DNA of 64,000 bases from assembly GCF_963921235.1 (NCBI RefSeq), contig NC_086097.1, forward strand, positions 154,072,001 to 154,136,000, in the 5' to 3' direction. Made by a program: the position numbers and the translations under genes. The DNA comes from Mobula hypostoma. Lineage: Eukaryota. This document shows, piece after piece, positions 29,420 through 41,619 of this stretch (position 1 is the first letter of the stretch; every line of letters starts with the position of its first letter). Below the pieces are notes generated by a model. It was not told the origin of the DNA. It worked only from the letters and a program-made list of their open reading frames with translations, and searched no databases.

Positions 29420-30020
29420 AGAGAGTTGTACAACACAGAACTGGTCCTTCCACCCATGTTGATCTTTTATTCCCCCAACTACACTAATCCCTATTGTCCA
29501 CTTTATGACAATATCCTCTTGTGGCTTGCCTATTTAAGTATCTGCCAAAATGCTTATTAAATGTAGAGATTGTATCTGATTCCATCACCACATTGGGCTG
29601 TAAGTTCCAGATATTAACTTGCCTCTCAGATCCTCTTTAAAACTTTTTCCTCTTGCTTTAAAACTATATCTTCTTGTGTCTTTGATAAGTCTACCACAGG
29701 AAAAATATTTTGACTATCTACCCTATCTTTATCTCTCATAATCTTGTATGCTTTTATTAGATCACCCCTTAGCTTCTTCGCTGCAGGGAAAACAATACTA
29801 GACTATCTAATCTCTTTCCATATCAAAAGTCCTTCAATCCAGCCAATCTCATGGTGAATCTCCACTGCACCATCTCCAGTATAATCACATCTTTCTGGAA
29901 GTGCACACAGTACTCTAAGTGCAGTCTAACTAATGTTTTTTTAAAGTTGTAACAAAACATTCCCATTTTTATATTCTGTGCCCTGAACTATGAATGTAAG
30001 TGGGCAATTTGCCTCCTTCA
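29420..30020 (-). mobile_element. Degraded CR1 3' fragment
   Basis: Colinear with the other minus-strand CR1 3' ends (ctatctaccctatct...ctcataatcttgtatg...cagtactctaagtg). Confidence 0.72.
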
Positions 30021-30577
30021 CCCACTTTCTGCCCTACACATCAACAGTCCATTTCTCTCGATAGATGCTATCTGACTCTGGGTAATTATCCATCGTCAAC
30101 TGTTATAGCACATCTAACACCTCCACCTTCTTTATACTGACATGGCCCAGTTAATCAACATATTCATCAAGTCAATTTATTAATGGATTGTGGAGCTCTT
30201 TCTAATGAACATTGCTTAATGATCATGAAAAGTTACATTCACAGCTACTACCAAATAGTTCGCTTTGACGAACACCGAAATACTGAGATTTAAAATAATG
30301 TAAGCAACTAACCATCATCTTCAGCCGAAGAGAAGAAGTTCCCATATGTCAGTAATAAAGTCCTTTGCTAAACAAGGAAGTCTCAAAAGGTGAAATTTGG
30401 AGATATGTGAATTTGTTCAGGTAAATTATCTTAATTATTATAAACAAGATTTTAGATAATTATCATTAATTGTGTGGCAAACTAAGCGACCAACTGTTTG
30501 TCCCAGATGAGAGTAACTCATATTGGATTACAAAGGTATTTGAGGTAAAGCTTTAAACAAAGTAATTTGTCTCAGGA

Positions 30578-30646
30578 ATAAGAGAAAATCTGCAGATGCT
30601 GGAAATCCAAGCAACACACACAAAATGCTGGAGTTCCTCCAGCAAC
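30578..30646 (-). mobile_element. Minimal Penelope tail ending in a fold-back
   Basis: aaatctgcagatgctggaaatccaagcaacacacacaaaa followed by tgctggag-ttc-ctccagca. Confidence 0.75.
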
Positions 30647-31451
30647 TTGTCTCAGGTATGTGGACCAAATGTTTCTACTTCTGTTCTTGTACTTAAAATA
30701 ATTTTCGTGTTCGCTGGTGTCTGGTGAAGAAAGTAAAGACCTCAAGTACGATTTTGTGATGTTAGGTGGTATTAGGAAACTCACTCTCCCCCAAAATATA
30801 ATCACAGTCAGATCCAATGAAAACCTGAAAACCAGGAATGATACTTGATTCTGCCATCTTCTAACATTGGCAGTGTTCTTTTTAAAAATTTTTAATTAGC
30901 CTTTATTTTGTTTGGTTAAAAAAGCATATTCATACTGACACAGCCAAGGATAGGCACAACGACTGTGATCTAATTGAATGAGGAACATGATTGAGATGCT
31001 GAACATGAACTCTTTCCATTTGGTACATGAATGGTTCAGAGTGATAGTCTGTGCCAAGTTTAGACATAACTTTGTGTCTGATTGAGTTCTCACATTCACT
31101 ATTCCTGTTGTACTTCAAAACCACCTGTTTAAAACAGTCAGTCTTCGCCTAGTACATGCTGCCCTTGGTTCCCAGATGATGATATGACAGGGTAAATATT
31201 AATTTTTAAATAATAACCCAATTCATTTTTACTTTCCTAGCTTACAAGTACTAACATTTGGATTTGATTCTAAAAGTCCTCATCCCCTGCCTTGGGACAG
31301 GTGTGATTACTGGAGAAACAGCTAAGCTAACTTAAACACGGTTTATGTGCGATTATCTATAGTGATTGCTGGCCATTTAATTTACCATTTGTGGGAAGGT
31401 TTAACCTTCCCCTGACTTCAGGACATTTGAACTCCAGAGCGGTTCTTTCTA

Positions 31452-31720
31452 GAATCATAGCACAGCACAGAACCAGACCCTGCAGCCTAACTTATCCATG
31501 CCAACCAAGAAATCCATCTAAACTAGTCCTAGTTGCCTGCATTTGGCCCAAATCCCTCGAAGCTTCCTGTGCATGTATCTGCTCAAGAATTTTTTAACAG
31601 TTGTTATTGTAACTGACTCAAATATTTCCTGTGACAACTCATTCCATATTTCACTCCAAGTGAAGAAATTACCCCTCAAGTCCTTTCAAATCCTCCCTCT
31701 GCTTAAATCTTTCCCTCCTA
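31452..31720 (-). mobile_element. CR1 3' end remnant
   Basis: gaatcatagcacagcacagaac...gtgaagaaattacccctc matches the reverse complement of CR1 3' ends. Confidence 0.62.
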
Positions 31721-31957
31721 ATCTTTTTGGCTGTATATATCATACATAATCTGTCAGTAAATGTACTTTGAACTTTTTTGGTGCCAGAATGTTTTTGTCA
31801 ATTTCCGGCACCCATTTTGATGCCCCAGCTGAAATTGGCTAATCCGGCTCCAACACTGAACTCACATCCACCAACTCCAAATTCCTTGGTCACGTTGCAA
31901 CCCACTAAAGCACAGTGGCTTGAAAGAATATGAATCAATAGCTGGTAGCATCCTTAC

Positions 31958-34013
31958 CTTACCATTCTCTCATTGGTTTCTTCATCGTTGTCCTGTGAAT
32001 TAGCCGGCACAACTCCAAAGGAGCCCATGGGCTGTCTCGTGATGGGTGACGCCACCTGCTTGGAAGGAAAGGCAACTGGAGAATCCCTGAGCATGGAAGA
32101 AAATGGCAGACACGTAGCTGTACATGAAACAGAGAGATTCACAACCTCAACCATGTTCCTTTTCTCAAACACCATGCCTGAGCCAGCAGCTCCGGAGGGA
32201 GTTGCACCATCAACGAGGGGCTCAAGTTCACATTCGCTGTTACCGATGGGTTGCACTTCTCCTCCAAACTCATCAAGTTGCTGGGCGAGACTGTCACAGT
32301 GCTGATTATTGTTAACTGCAGATTCCATTTTTCCTTCCCGTAGGCATGGGAGCTCTTCGTGACAAAGCCTCTCATTCAAAACCACTTCACTGAAAGGAGC
32401 TGTGGTTGGTTCCAAAGCTTCTGTTGACTCAGACTGTGTGGCCATTTCATATGTGGATACCTCGCCAATATTGTCTGGTACAAATTCCCCATCTGGTAGC
32501 ATGGTGTCAAATGAACCAGGCTGGCCATTCTGGACCTCATCAGAAAGGGGAGGTAGGGAGTGTTTAATCTCCTCTGTGTGACTGTTAGGGTCATGTGCGT
32601 TACTACTTCTACCTAATAACTCACTGAAATCCACCTTCTTGCACAGAAGCTCTTCAATGGTATGGTCTGTGCTGTCCTTAGGGCTCGTAGCATCAAGTGC
32701 ATCTGCACAATGGTGGCAATCATTCACTTCACAGGATATCCACTGATTTTCACCTGCATCATTGGAGTTTTTCTCAGCAGCCTTTGCATAAGCATCGTTC
32801 TGCACTGATTCTTCTAAGCTTGTTTGTAGGATTTCTTTATCTGCAGGGGAATCAAAAACATCTCCTTGAATTGCATCCATTTCATCGTTGCCTTCCTCTG
32901 TCTTTTCTGAGGGATGCCCACTGACCCAGCCACTTTTATCTACTGTTCGGTTCTGCACCAGAGAGTTGGGAGTTTCATCCAACTCATCAGAGCTGCTAAT
33001 CTGCGGGGCCGAGAGAGATTTTGTTAATTTGCTGAGTTCTATCTCCTCTTCATCTTCAAAAGGCAATGAACTGATTGATGTTAAAGAAGCTTGAATGCCA
33101 CTTGGCAGACTAGTGCCACTTTCAGTGTGACCACCCTCTAGGGAATTCCTGTGTATTGCCTGTGCTCTGACTATCTCTTGCATGAGGTCTCGGTCATTCG
33201 ATGAATCCAGAGGTTTGCGCATCTCAGGCCAAGCCACAGAACTGGGCTCACTCTCTATGCCAGAGTCAGATATAATTGAAAGAGACCGCTTCATAACCCC
33301 ATAAATATTGGGATAGTCAGCATTCTCGATTTTTCTTTTCACAGAGTCTTGCTCGACAGACTCACTGTCTACATGTTCAGAGCTCATTACAGAATGCAAC
33401 AGTTCCTCCTTTTCACTATCTTCACAGTCATTAGATAGAGACGATTCATTTGTATCTGTATTATTTGGAGAACAAACTCCTAACACAATGTTTCCATGAT
33501 AAAGATCCTTGTTGCTGTGTTTTAGTTCTATATCTGTCAAATCTAAATCTGATCCAGCTTGTTTGACTACTGCTGCACTATCAGATTCAGGAACCATTTC
33601 TTGTTGGTCAGAACCTATTGAGATTCCATTCAATCTGAGGGATTCAGTTTGATGTTCATAGATTGTTGAGAGATCCCCTTGACTTTGTCCAACAAATCTG
33701 TCCACTTCTAAGCTCCGAATGCTTTTGACTTCAATCTCACTGAGTTCATCGTATTCTTGGCTGACAAATGCAGCCAGATCAACACAGTTGTGCATCGTTT
33801 CCAAGGAAACAGTTTCATTCAAAGCTTGTGAGCTGGGCATGCTTGTCACAAGCATTTTGAAGGTTTCAGAGGAAGAGCAACTATTTTGCACTTGCTGGTA
33901 CTGTTTCACTCCGGCTGGTAAACTTGCAAACTCTGAAATCTGAGTGTCCAATACATGGTTAAGCTTAGTTTCCATTTCCTTGTTGGATGTGCCATTGTCA
34001 AATTTGTGATTTG
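31958..34013 (-). CDS. FAM135B: FAM135B large central exon (2056 nt), acidic Ser-rich, probably disordered linker
   Basis: Lies within the 756-aa ORF 31954..34224. Acceptor tttctttacttttacag|CAAAT, donor ATGGTAAG|gtaagg. Conserved islands SDSGIESEPSSVAW, HRNSLEGGHTES, LPSGIQASLTSISSLPFE and VEVVNLSVSCTATCLPFSS. Length 2+2052+2 keeps the frame. Confidence 0.93.
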
Positions 34014-36249
34014 CTGTAAAAGTAAAGAAAATAAACAATGACAAATCAGAGCAAAAGCAAAATGCCAAAGGAATACTCAACAATCTCAAGACAATTCTTA
34101 AGTCTATGACTTTAATACAAACCAGTGATTTTCCAATTAATGTCCTGAAGAAGTAAGCTGCCATTTTCAGTGCGCTGAGCTGAAGTAATGAGCAAGAGCA
34201 CATTAAAATTAGTGTAATTTCCAAACTGGGAAGTTAGGATTAAGAAGAAATGTGGGGATACATTTTTATTGAATGTATGAATGGCATATGGAATAAAGCA
34301 GAAATTAGATGCACTTCAGGATACTTGACAGCTGTAGGATGAAGACAGCCCAACTGAGCTGATTGATCATAGGGTGCCAAGCTTGTTGGGAGGAAAGATT
34401 TCTAAACTCCTTAGGCTTTTACCTTGTTTTCCCTCAACTGACAAGTATTCACAGTAGGTTTTAGATACAAGAAAGTACATATTAATGTTCCATTGATCCA
34501 GCATTGAACACTTCAAATTGGTGACAGCAGTTTCACCATAACCAGACTGAGGCTGAGAGGAAAAATAGATCAGCCGTGATGAAATTGTGGTGCAGACTCA
34601 ATGGGCCAAATGGCCTAATTCTGCTCCTATATCTTCTGGTCTAACGTTGGAAGGGCACCAAAAAAAAAAGCTGTTTCATGCTCTACAATACTTCCAATGC
34701 ATGACTATGAAAAAAAATGTAAAATACTTTCTCCTAGTTGTTACTCAAAGCAAAAAAATTGGAATAATAAGGAACCCACACATTATGTGCAAGTGTAAAA
34801 ATAACAAAGAAGGAATACCTATAAAAAAAAAGCTCAATTTGTCTGAAAAAAGAAAAACAACTGCTTTGAAAACTATAAACTTATACTTTTCCCTCAAGTT
34901 CAGCGGAAGGGTCAATGACTCAAAATATGAACTATTTTCTCTTGCACAAATTCTGCTTCACTGGCTGACTTTGTCCAGCAATTCTGTTTTGTTTCAATTT
35001 GTTCTGTAGATTCAAGCATACACTTTGCATATCTTTCCACTTAGGATACAGTTTTACTTAAAACAATATTTAAAAGGGCAGAAATGAGAATTATGTAAAA
35101 AGTATTTATATGGTAGTGTTTTATGATATAATCTATGTGCAGGAGATAAGAATCCTTCATCACAATACACAACTGAGGCAGATACAATAACTTTGCTTTG
35201 TGGAAGATTTTTTAAAAAATAGAACAAATAAGAAATACGATGAGGGAGCAGAATATTCAGAGAAATTTGGACATCCATGGGACCATGTCCTAAAGGCTGT
35301 AAACTTCATTAGATCATTTTCTTGAAATAAATATCCAAGTGCCAAGGGCGCTATTGTGTCTAGCACCACTAGATGGCTGCAAAGGGCAAATCACACATGC
35401 TATATTCTGATTTGAGCATCATCTCAATTTTGTTTTGCAAATGTTCCAGTTATTAATTTAACTGTGTATACTAGTCAAACATGAATCCCTCTGGAGTACT
35501 TTTTCAGACTGTTTACATTTCCAATATTTATTTTCTTAATGTGAAAGATGCAATGCTTAGGAATATAATAACTTTAAAAAAAAATTCTCAGCAATATACC
35601 TCCGGATGAGTTAGATAAATATAACTTCCACTTATATCATGCCAAGAACAACAAAAACACCTATCTTCTTCCAGGGGTTTTATCAAAAGTTAACACCAAT
35701 GACAAATGACAGGTTACAGATCTCAAGGGTACAATGTTTCCAAAATGGAAGAAGGAGAGACGTAGAGATTGTGGAAGAGAATCCCATCCATTTAAGTCTT
35801 AATTTACCAAAGAAGGAACTATTAAGTACAGGGATGAGCAAAAGGTCAAAAGGTTGTGATTAGTGGATTGCAGGTTCCTTAAAGAATTATGGAGATGGAC
35901 AATATTGCAGAGATATGGAGTGGGCTTGGGTGAAAATGACAATCAAATTACTCTTCTGCTAAGAGTCAAAATTAACTTTACTACAAAGTCTGCTTCATTT
36001 AAAGGAAATAATTTTCCACAGAGAGAACCTGGAAAAGTTGATCGCACAAATCTGCTTTTTTACAAAAAGTATGGTAGTTCCAGACAAGCTATAAAAGAGG
36101 TTGAAACATACAGTATGATAGTTATGATATCAATGAACCATAATTTTGGTGCTTCTTATATCATAAATAACTATTTGTTTCTTTACCCTGGGAAAAATCT
36201 CAGAAAATCTATCTCTTTCAAATAGCTGTGATCAAAGATATTGTTGCCC

Positions 36250-37750
36250 AATAATTAATACATAGCGACTACATTGATGCTGCTTCCTGAACCCATGCTG
36301 AGCTTATTGACTTCATCAAATTTACTTCCAACTTCTATCCTGCCCTGAAAATTACTTCATCAATTTCCGACACTTCCGACCCCTTTCCTGATCTCTCTCT
36401 CTCTCTATCTCTGGAGACAATCTATTCATCAATACCTTTAATAAACCCACTGATTCTCAGAACTACCTGGAATATACCTCTTCCCACCCTGTCACTTGTA
36501 AATATTCCATTCTCTGCTCTCAGTTCCTCCGTCTCTGCTGCTCCTGCTCTCAGGATGAGGCTTTTCATTCTAGACCTAATGAGGTCTTCAAGGAAGCTCC
36601 TTCTTCAAAGAAAGGGGCTTTCCTTCCTCTGCCATCAATGCTGCCCTCATCTGCATCTCTTCCATTTCACACACATCTGGACTCACTCCATCCTCCCGCC
36701 ACAATTCCAGGTGTAGAGTTCCTCTTATCCTCACCTACCACCCTATTAGCCTCTACATCCAGCACATATTCTACATAACTTTCGCCATCTCCGATGGGAT
36801 CCCATCACCAAGCACATCTTTTACACCCCCCACTTTCTGCTTTCTGCAGGGATCACTCCCAATGCAACTACCTTGTCCATTCCCACTGATCTCCCTCCTA
36901 GCACATATCCTTGCAAGTGGAACAAGTGCTCCACCTGCCCTTACACCTCCTCCCTCACTACCATTCAGGGCCTCAAATAGTCCTTCCAGGTGAGGCGACA
37001 GTTCATCTGTGAGTCTGTTGGGGTAACCTACTGCATCTGCTGCTGCTGGTGTGGCCTCCTGTATATCGGTGAGACCCAACGTAGATTGGGAGACCGCTTC
37101 GCCGAACACTTACGATCCATCTGCCAGAAAAAGCGGAATTACCTGGTAGTCACACATGTCAATTCGATTTCACTTTCCCATTCTGACATGTCAGTCCTTG
37201 GCCTCCTCGTCTGTCGCAATGAGGCCACACTCATGTTGGAGAAGGGACACCCTATATTCTGTCTGTGTAGCCTCCAACCTGATGGCATGAACATCGATTT
37301 CTCGAACTCCCGGTAATTATTAATTGCACCCTCCTCCCACTTCACACTCCACTTCCCTATTCCTTATTCTCTCTCTCACCTTATCTCCTTATCTACCTCT
37401 GGAGCTCCTCCTCCCTCCCTTTCTTCCATGGTCTTCTACTCTCTCCTATCAGATTCTCTCTTCTCCAGCCCTTTATCTCTTTCACCAGTCATCTTCCCAG
37501 CTCTTTATTTCAGCCCCTCGTCCTCTCTCAGTTTCATCTATCACATACCAGCTTGTATTTCTTCCTCCCGCACCCCATCACCCACCTTCTTACTCTGACT
37601 TCTCAGCTTTCTTTCAGCCCTGATAAAGGGTCTCGGCCCGAAATGTCTACAGTTTACTCTTTTCCGTAGATGCTGCCTGGCCTGCTGAGTTCCTCCAGCA
37701 TATTGTGTGTGTTGCCTTGGATTTCCAGCATCTGCAGGTTTTCTCGTGGT
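36250..37750 (+). mobile_element. Penelope-like retroelement, 3' part (RT end, GIY-YIG endonuclease, pyrimidine-rich UTR, terminal repeat)
   Basis: ORF 36990..37316 reads GVTYCICCCWCGLLYIGETQRRLGDRFAEH...QPDGMNIDF (GIY-YIG type). Tail ...ttccagcatctgcag. Confidence 0.9.
37615..37652 (+). ncRNA. Penelope hammerhead motif with a core mutation (CUGAUAA), probably inactive
   Basis: CAGCC CUGAUAA A GGGU-CUCG-GCCC GAAAU GUC UACAG. Confidence 0.5.
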
Positions 37751-38232
37751 TGCCAGACCAATGTCTATCGGGCTGTTGCCTCATGAGGAAAGCTTTATAA
37801 ATGAGGAGAGATTTGTTTGAAACATGTAAGATCCAGACAGTTTTTAACAGGATGGAAAGAATCTTTCCTTTTGTGTGAGTGAAAGCTTACAGATTAAGTG
37901 GGTCGGGTCACTTTTTTTTTTAGAAAAAAGGGTTGTTCATTTAAGACAGAGATGAGGATTTTATTTTCCTTGCGGAGAGTCCTGAAAGAAATCTCTTCCT
38001 CACAGAGCAATAAAACCAACATCTTTCAATATTTTTTAAGATGGAAGTAGGGAAATGCCAAGTAAGAATAGGGAAGAGCAGAAACAGATTTACTATCGCT
38101 GAAATGACATGAAATATTCTAATAGGTTTTCACAGGTGGGTGAGAATATAGAGAGTTGTGGTTACAATTAGAGCAGTCATGATGTCAAATGGAAGATTAG
38201 GCTTGATCTATTCCTCCATTGCAGTCCTTTTA

Positions 38233-39349
38233 GGACACAGAATAGTACAGCACAGTACAGAACCTTCGGCCCACTATGCTGTGCCGACCCGCAAACCCTG
38301 CCTCCCATATAAGTCCCCACCTTAAATTCCTCCATATACCGGTCTAGTAGTCTCTTAAATTTCACTAGTGTATCTGCCTCCACCACTGACTCAGGCAGTG
38401 CATTCCATGCACCAACCACTCTCTGAGTAAAAAACCTTCCTCTAATATCCCCCTTGAAATTCCCACCCCTTACCTTAAAGCCATGTCCTCTTGTATTGAG
38501 CAATGGTGCCCTGGGGAAGAGGTGCTGGCTATCCACTCTATCCATTCCTCTTAATACCTTGTATACCTCTATCATGTCTCCTCTCATCCTCCTTCTCTCC
38601 AAAGAGAAAAACTCTAGCTTCCTTAATCTCTGATCATAATTCATACTCTCTAAACCAGGCAGCATCCTGGTAAATCTCCTCTGTACCCTATTTAATGCTT
38701 CCACATCCTTCCTATAGTGAGGCGACTAGAACTGGAAACAGTACTCCAAGTGTGGCCTAACCAGGGTTTTATAGAGCTGCATCATTACATCGCGACTCTT
38801 AAATTCTATCCCTCGACTTATGAAAGCTTTCTTAACTACCTTATCTACCTGTGAGGCAACTTTCAGTGATCTGTGGACATGTACCCCCAGATCCCTCTGC
38901 TCTTCCACACTACCAAGCATCCTGCCATTTACTTTGTACTCTGCCTTGGAGTTTGTCCTTCCAAAGTGTATCACCTCACATTTCCCCGGGTTGAACTCCA
39001 TCTGCCACTTCTCAGCCCACTTCTGCATCCTATCAATGTCTCTCTGCAATCTTCGACAACCCTCTACACTATCTACAACACCACTAACCTTTATGTCATC
39101 TGCAAACTTGCCAACCCACCCTTCTACCCCCACATCCTGGTCGTTAATAAAAATTACGAAAAGTAGAGGTCCCAGAACTGATCCTTGTGGGACACCACGA
39201 GTCACAATCCTCCAATCTGAATGTACTCCCTCCACCACGACCCTCTGCCTTCTGCAGGCAAGCCAATTCTGAATCTCCCTGGCCAAACTTCCCTGGATCC
39301 CATGCCTTCTGACTTTCTGAATAAGCCTACCGTGTGGAACCTTGTCAAA
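38233..39349 (-). mobile_element. 5'-truncated CR1
   Basis: ORFs 38726..39415 ([23 protein letters not shown]) and 38177..38704, plus a CR1-type 3'UTR. Confidence 0.93.
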
Positions 39350-39536
39350 CTTTTGGTGAAAGTTCTTGTATGGTGAGGTTGGATTGGAGTTTCCAGGATA
39401 AAGAACTACCAACAAAGAACACTAGTGACTAGACACTAGAATACTACAGCACAGTACAGGCCCTTTGGCCCTCGATGTTGTGCCGACCCATATATTCCTT
39501 AAAAAAAAGTACTAAACCCACACTACTCCGTAACCC

Positions 39537-39791
39537 AAACACGAGGAAATCTGCAGATGCTGGAATTTCAAGCAACACACATAGAAGTTGCTGGTGAACG
39601 CAGCAGGCCAGGCAGCATCTATAAGAAGAGGTACAGTCGACGTTTCGGGCTGCGACCCTTCGTCAGGATTAACTGAAAGAAGAGCTAATAAGAGATAGCC
39701 TCGGCTAGTCTCGGCCCAAAACGTCGACTGTACCTCTTCCTATAGATGCTGCCTGGCCTGCTGCGTTCACCAGCAACTTTTATGTGTGTTG
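39537..39791. mobile_element. Palindromic Penelope-terminus insertion with a 14-bp TSD
   Basis: Arms 39571-39656 and 39708-39793 are near-perfect reverse complements. Flanked by ctactcc(g/a)taaccc at 39523-39536 and 39792-39805. Confidence 0.9.
39634..39671 (-). ncRNA. Minimal type I hammerhead ribozyme motif (Penelope-associated), core intact
   Basis: Minus strand: UAAUC CUGACGA A GGGU-CGCA-GCCC GAAAC GUC GACUG. This gives the CUGANGA/GAAA/NUH core, a 4-bp helix II, a weakened helix I and a palindromic loop-less helix III. Confidence 0.72.
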
Positions 39792-40534
39792 CTACTCCAT
39801 AACCCTCTATTTTTCTTTCATCCATGCGCCTGTCCAAGAGTTCTCTTAAATACCCCACCACCATCCCTGGCAAGTCATTCCAGGCACCCACAACCCTCTG
39901 TGTAAAAAGCTTACCCCTGACGTCTCCCCTAAACTTCCCTCCCTTAACTTTGTACATATGCCCTCTGGGGTTTATTATTCGTGCCCTGGAAAACAGGTAC
40001 TGGCTATCCACCCTATCTATACCTCTCATAATCTCGTAGACCTCTATCAAGTTCCCTCTCATCTCTCTACGTTCCAAAGAGAAAAGTCCCAGTTCTGCTA
40101 ACCTTGCCTCATAAGACTTGTTTTCCAATCCAGGCAACATCCTGGTAAATCTCCTCTGGACCTTCTCCATAGCTTCCACATCCTTCTTATAATGAGGTGA
40201 CCAGAACTGAACACAATACTCTAAGTGTGGTCTCACCAGAGATTTATAGAGTTGCAACATGACCTCTCTACTCTTGAACTCAATCCCTCTATTAATGAAG
40301 CCTAGCATCACATAGGCCTTCTTAACTATCCTATCAACCTGTGCAGTGACCTTGAGGGATGTATGGATTTGAACCCCAAGGTCCCTCTGTTCATCCACAC
40401 TCTTAAGTAACTGACCATTAACCCTGTACTCAGCCTTCTGGTTTGTCCTTCCAAATGCATCACCTCACACTTATCCAGATTGAACGCCATCTGCCACTTT
40501 TCTGCCCAACTCTGCATCCTGTCGATATCCTCTT

Positions 40535-41178
40535 ATTATGATTATGAGGACACGCAGTCCCCTTTTATTGTCATTTAGTAATGCATGCATTAAGAAATGA
40601 TAAAAATGTTTTTCCAGAATGATATCACGAAAACATATGACAAACCAACTTAAAAACTAACAAAAACCACATAATTATAACACATAGTTACAACAGTGCA
40701 AAGCAATACCATAATTTGATAAGAACGGACCATGGCACAGTAAAAATCTCAAAGTCTCTCGAAAGTCCCATCATCTCACGCAGACGGTAAACCTCCAGTG
40801 CTGCCAACTTGCCAATGCAGCATCCTGGAAGCATCCAACCACAGTCCGACTCAGAGTCCAAATGAAAACTCCGAGACTCCGACCAGCTCTCCGGCACCGA
40901 TGCATCGAGCACCATCTCGGCCGAGCGCTTCAACCCCGGCCCCGGCAACAGGTGATACACAAAGCCGAGGATTTGAGGCCTTCGTCTCCAGAGATTCTCG
41001 ATCACGCAGTAGCAGCAGCAGCGAAGCAGGCATTTTAGAAGTTTCTCTAGATGTTCCTCTGTGCTTCTCATGGCTGTCTCCAGCAAATCTGGATTGTGCA
41101 CGGCACCCCTAGTTACACATATCGATTTTCATTCGGAACGGCCGCGCGCGCTGCGTCGCGCCGCCATTTTTTCCTCCC
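40535..41178 (-). mobile_element. ~0.64 kb non-autonomous retroelement, family A copy 2
   Basis: The reverse complement shares AAAATGGCGG, gggtgccgtgcacaatcc, aaatgcctgcttcgctgctgctgctactg and aaatgacaataaa...gtcctc(ataatc)n with copy 1. Confidence 0.85.
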
Positions 41179-41285
41179 TTCCTTAAAAAAAAGTGCTAAA
41201 CCCACACTACTCCATAACCCAAACATAAGGAAATCTGCAGATGCTGGAATTTCAAGCAACATACATAAAAGTTGCTGGTGAACGC
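41179..41285 (+). repeat. 107-bp direct duplicate of 39495-39601
   Basis: Hand alignment shows no gaps and 6 mismatches. It spans the CR1 3'UTR/Penelope junction. Confidence 0.92.
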
Positions 41286-41619
41286 CAGTTGCTTGTAACC
41301 TTCAACAACCTACAGCTCCATCCACAACTCCGCTGATCTTCGTGTCATCCACTAACTTACTCACCCATCCTTCTGCCTCTTCATCCAAAAATCACAAAGA
41401 GCAGGGGGTCCCAGGACAGATCCTTGCGGCACTCCACTAGTCACCGACCTCCAGGCAGAATACTTTCATTCCACTAATACCCTCTGCTTTCTTCCTGTAA
41501 GCCAATTATTTGTCCAAACAGCCAAGATTCCACTAATCCCATGCCTCATGACTTTCTGGATGAGTTTCTCGTGGGGGACCTTGTCAAATGCCTTGTTAAA
41601 ATCCATGTAGACCACATCT

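Larger units (their letters stand above)
39420..41619 (-). mobile_element. 5'-truncated CR1 (different subfamily), interrupted by two insertions
   Basis: ORFs 39685..40398 and 40326..40517 (LYKSLVRPHLEYCVQFWSP, WAEKWQMAFN). RT continues at ~41292-41619 up to the DVVYMDF region. Confidence 0.9.

Noticed and set aside
31973..33943. Several plus-strand ORFs over the large exon
   Set aside because: Antisense shadows of the FAM135B coding sequence with no independent support.
34014..34224. N-terminal ~70 aa of the 756-aa ORF (hydrophobic, signal-like)
   Set aside because: It lies upstream of a clear polypyrimidine/AG acceptor at 34015-34014, so it is open intron rather than coding sequence.
39706..39732. 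Plus-strand half hammerhead (gtctcggcccaaaacgtcgactg)
   Set aside because: It lacks CUGANGA and has GAAA changed to AAAA; it is only the inverted arm.
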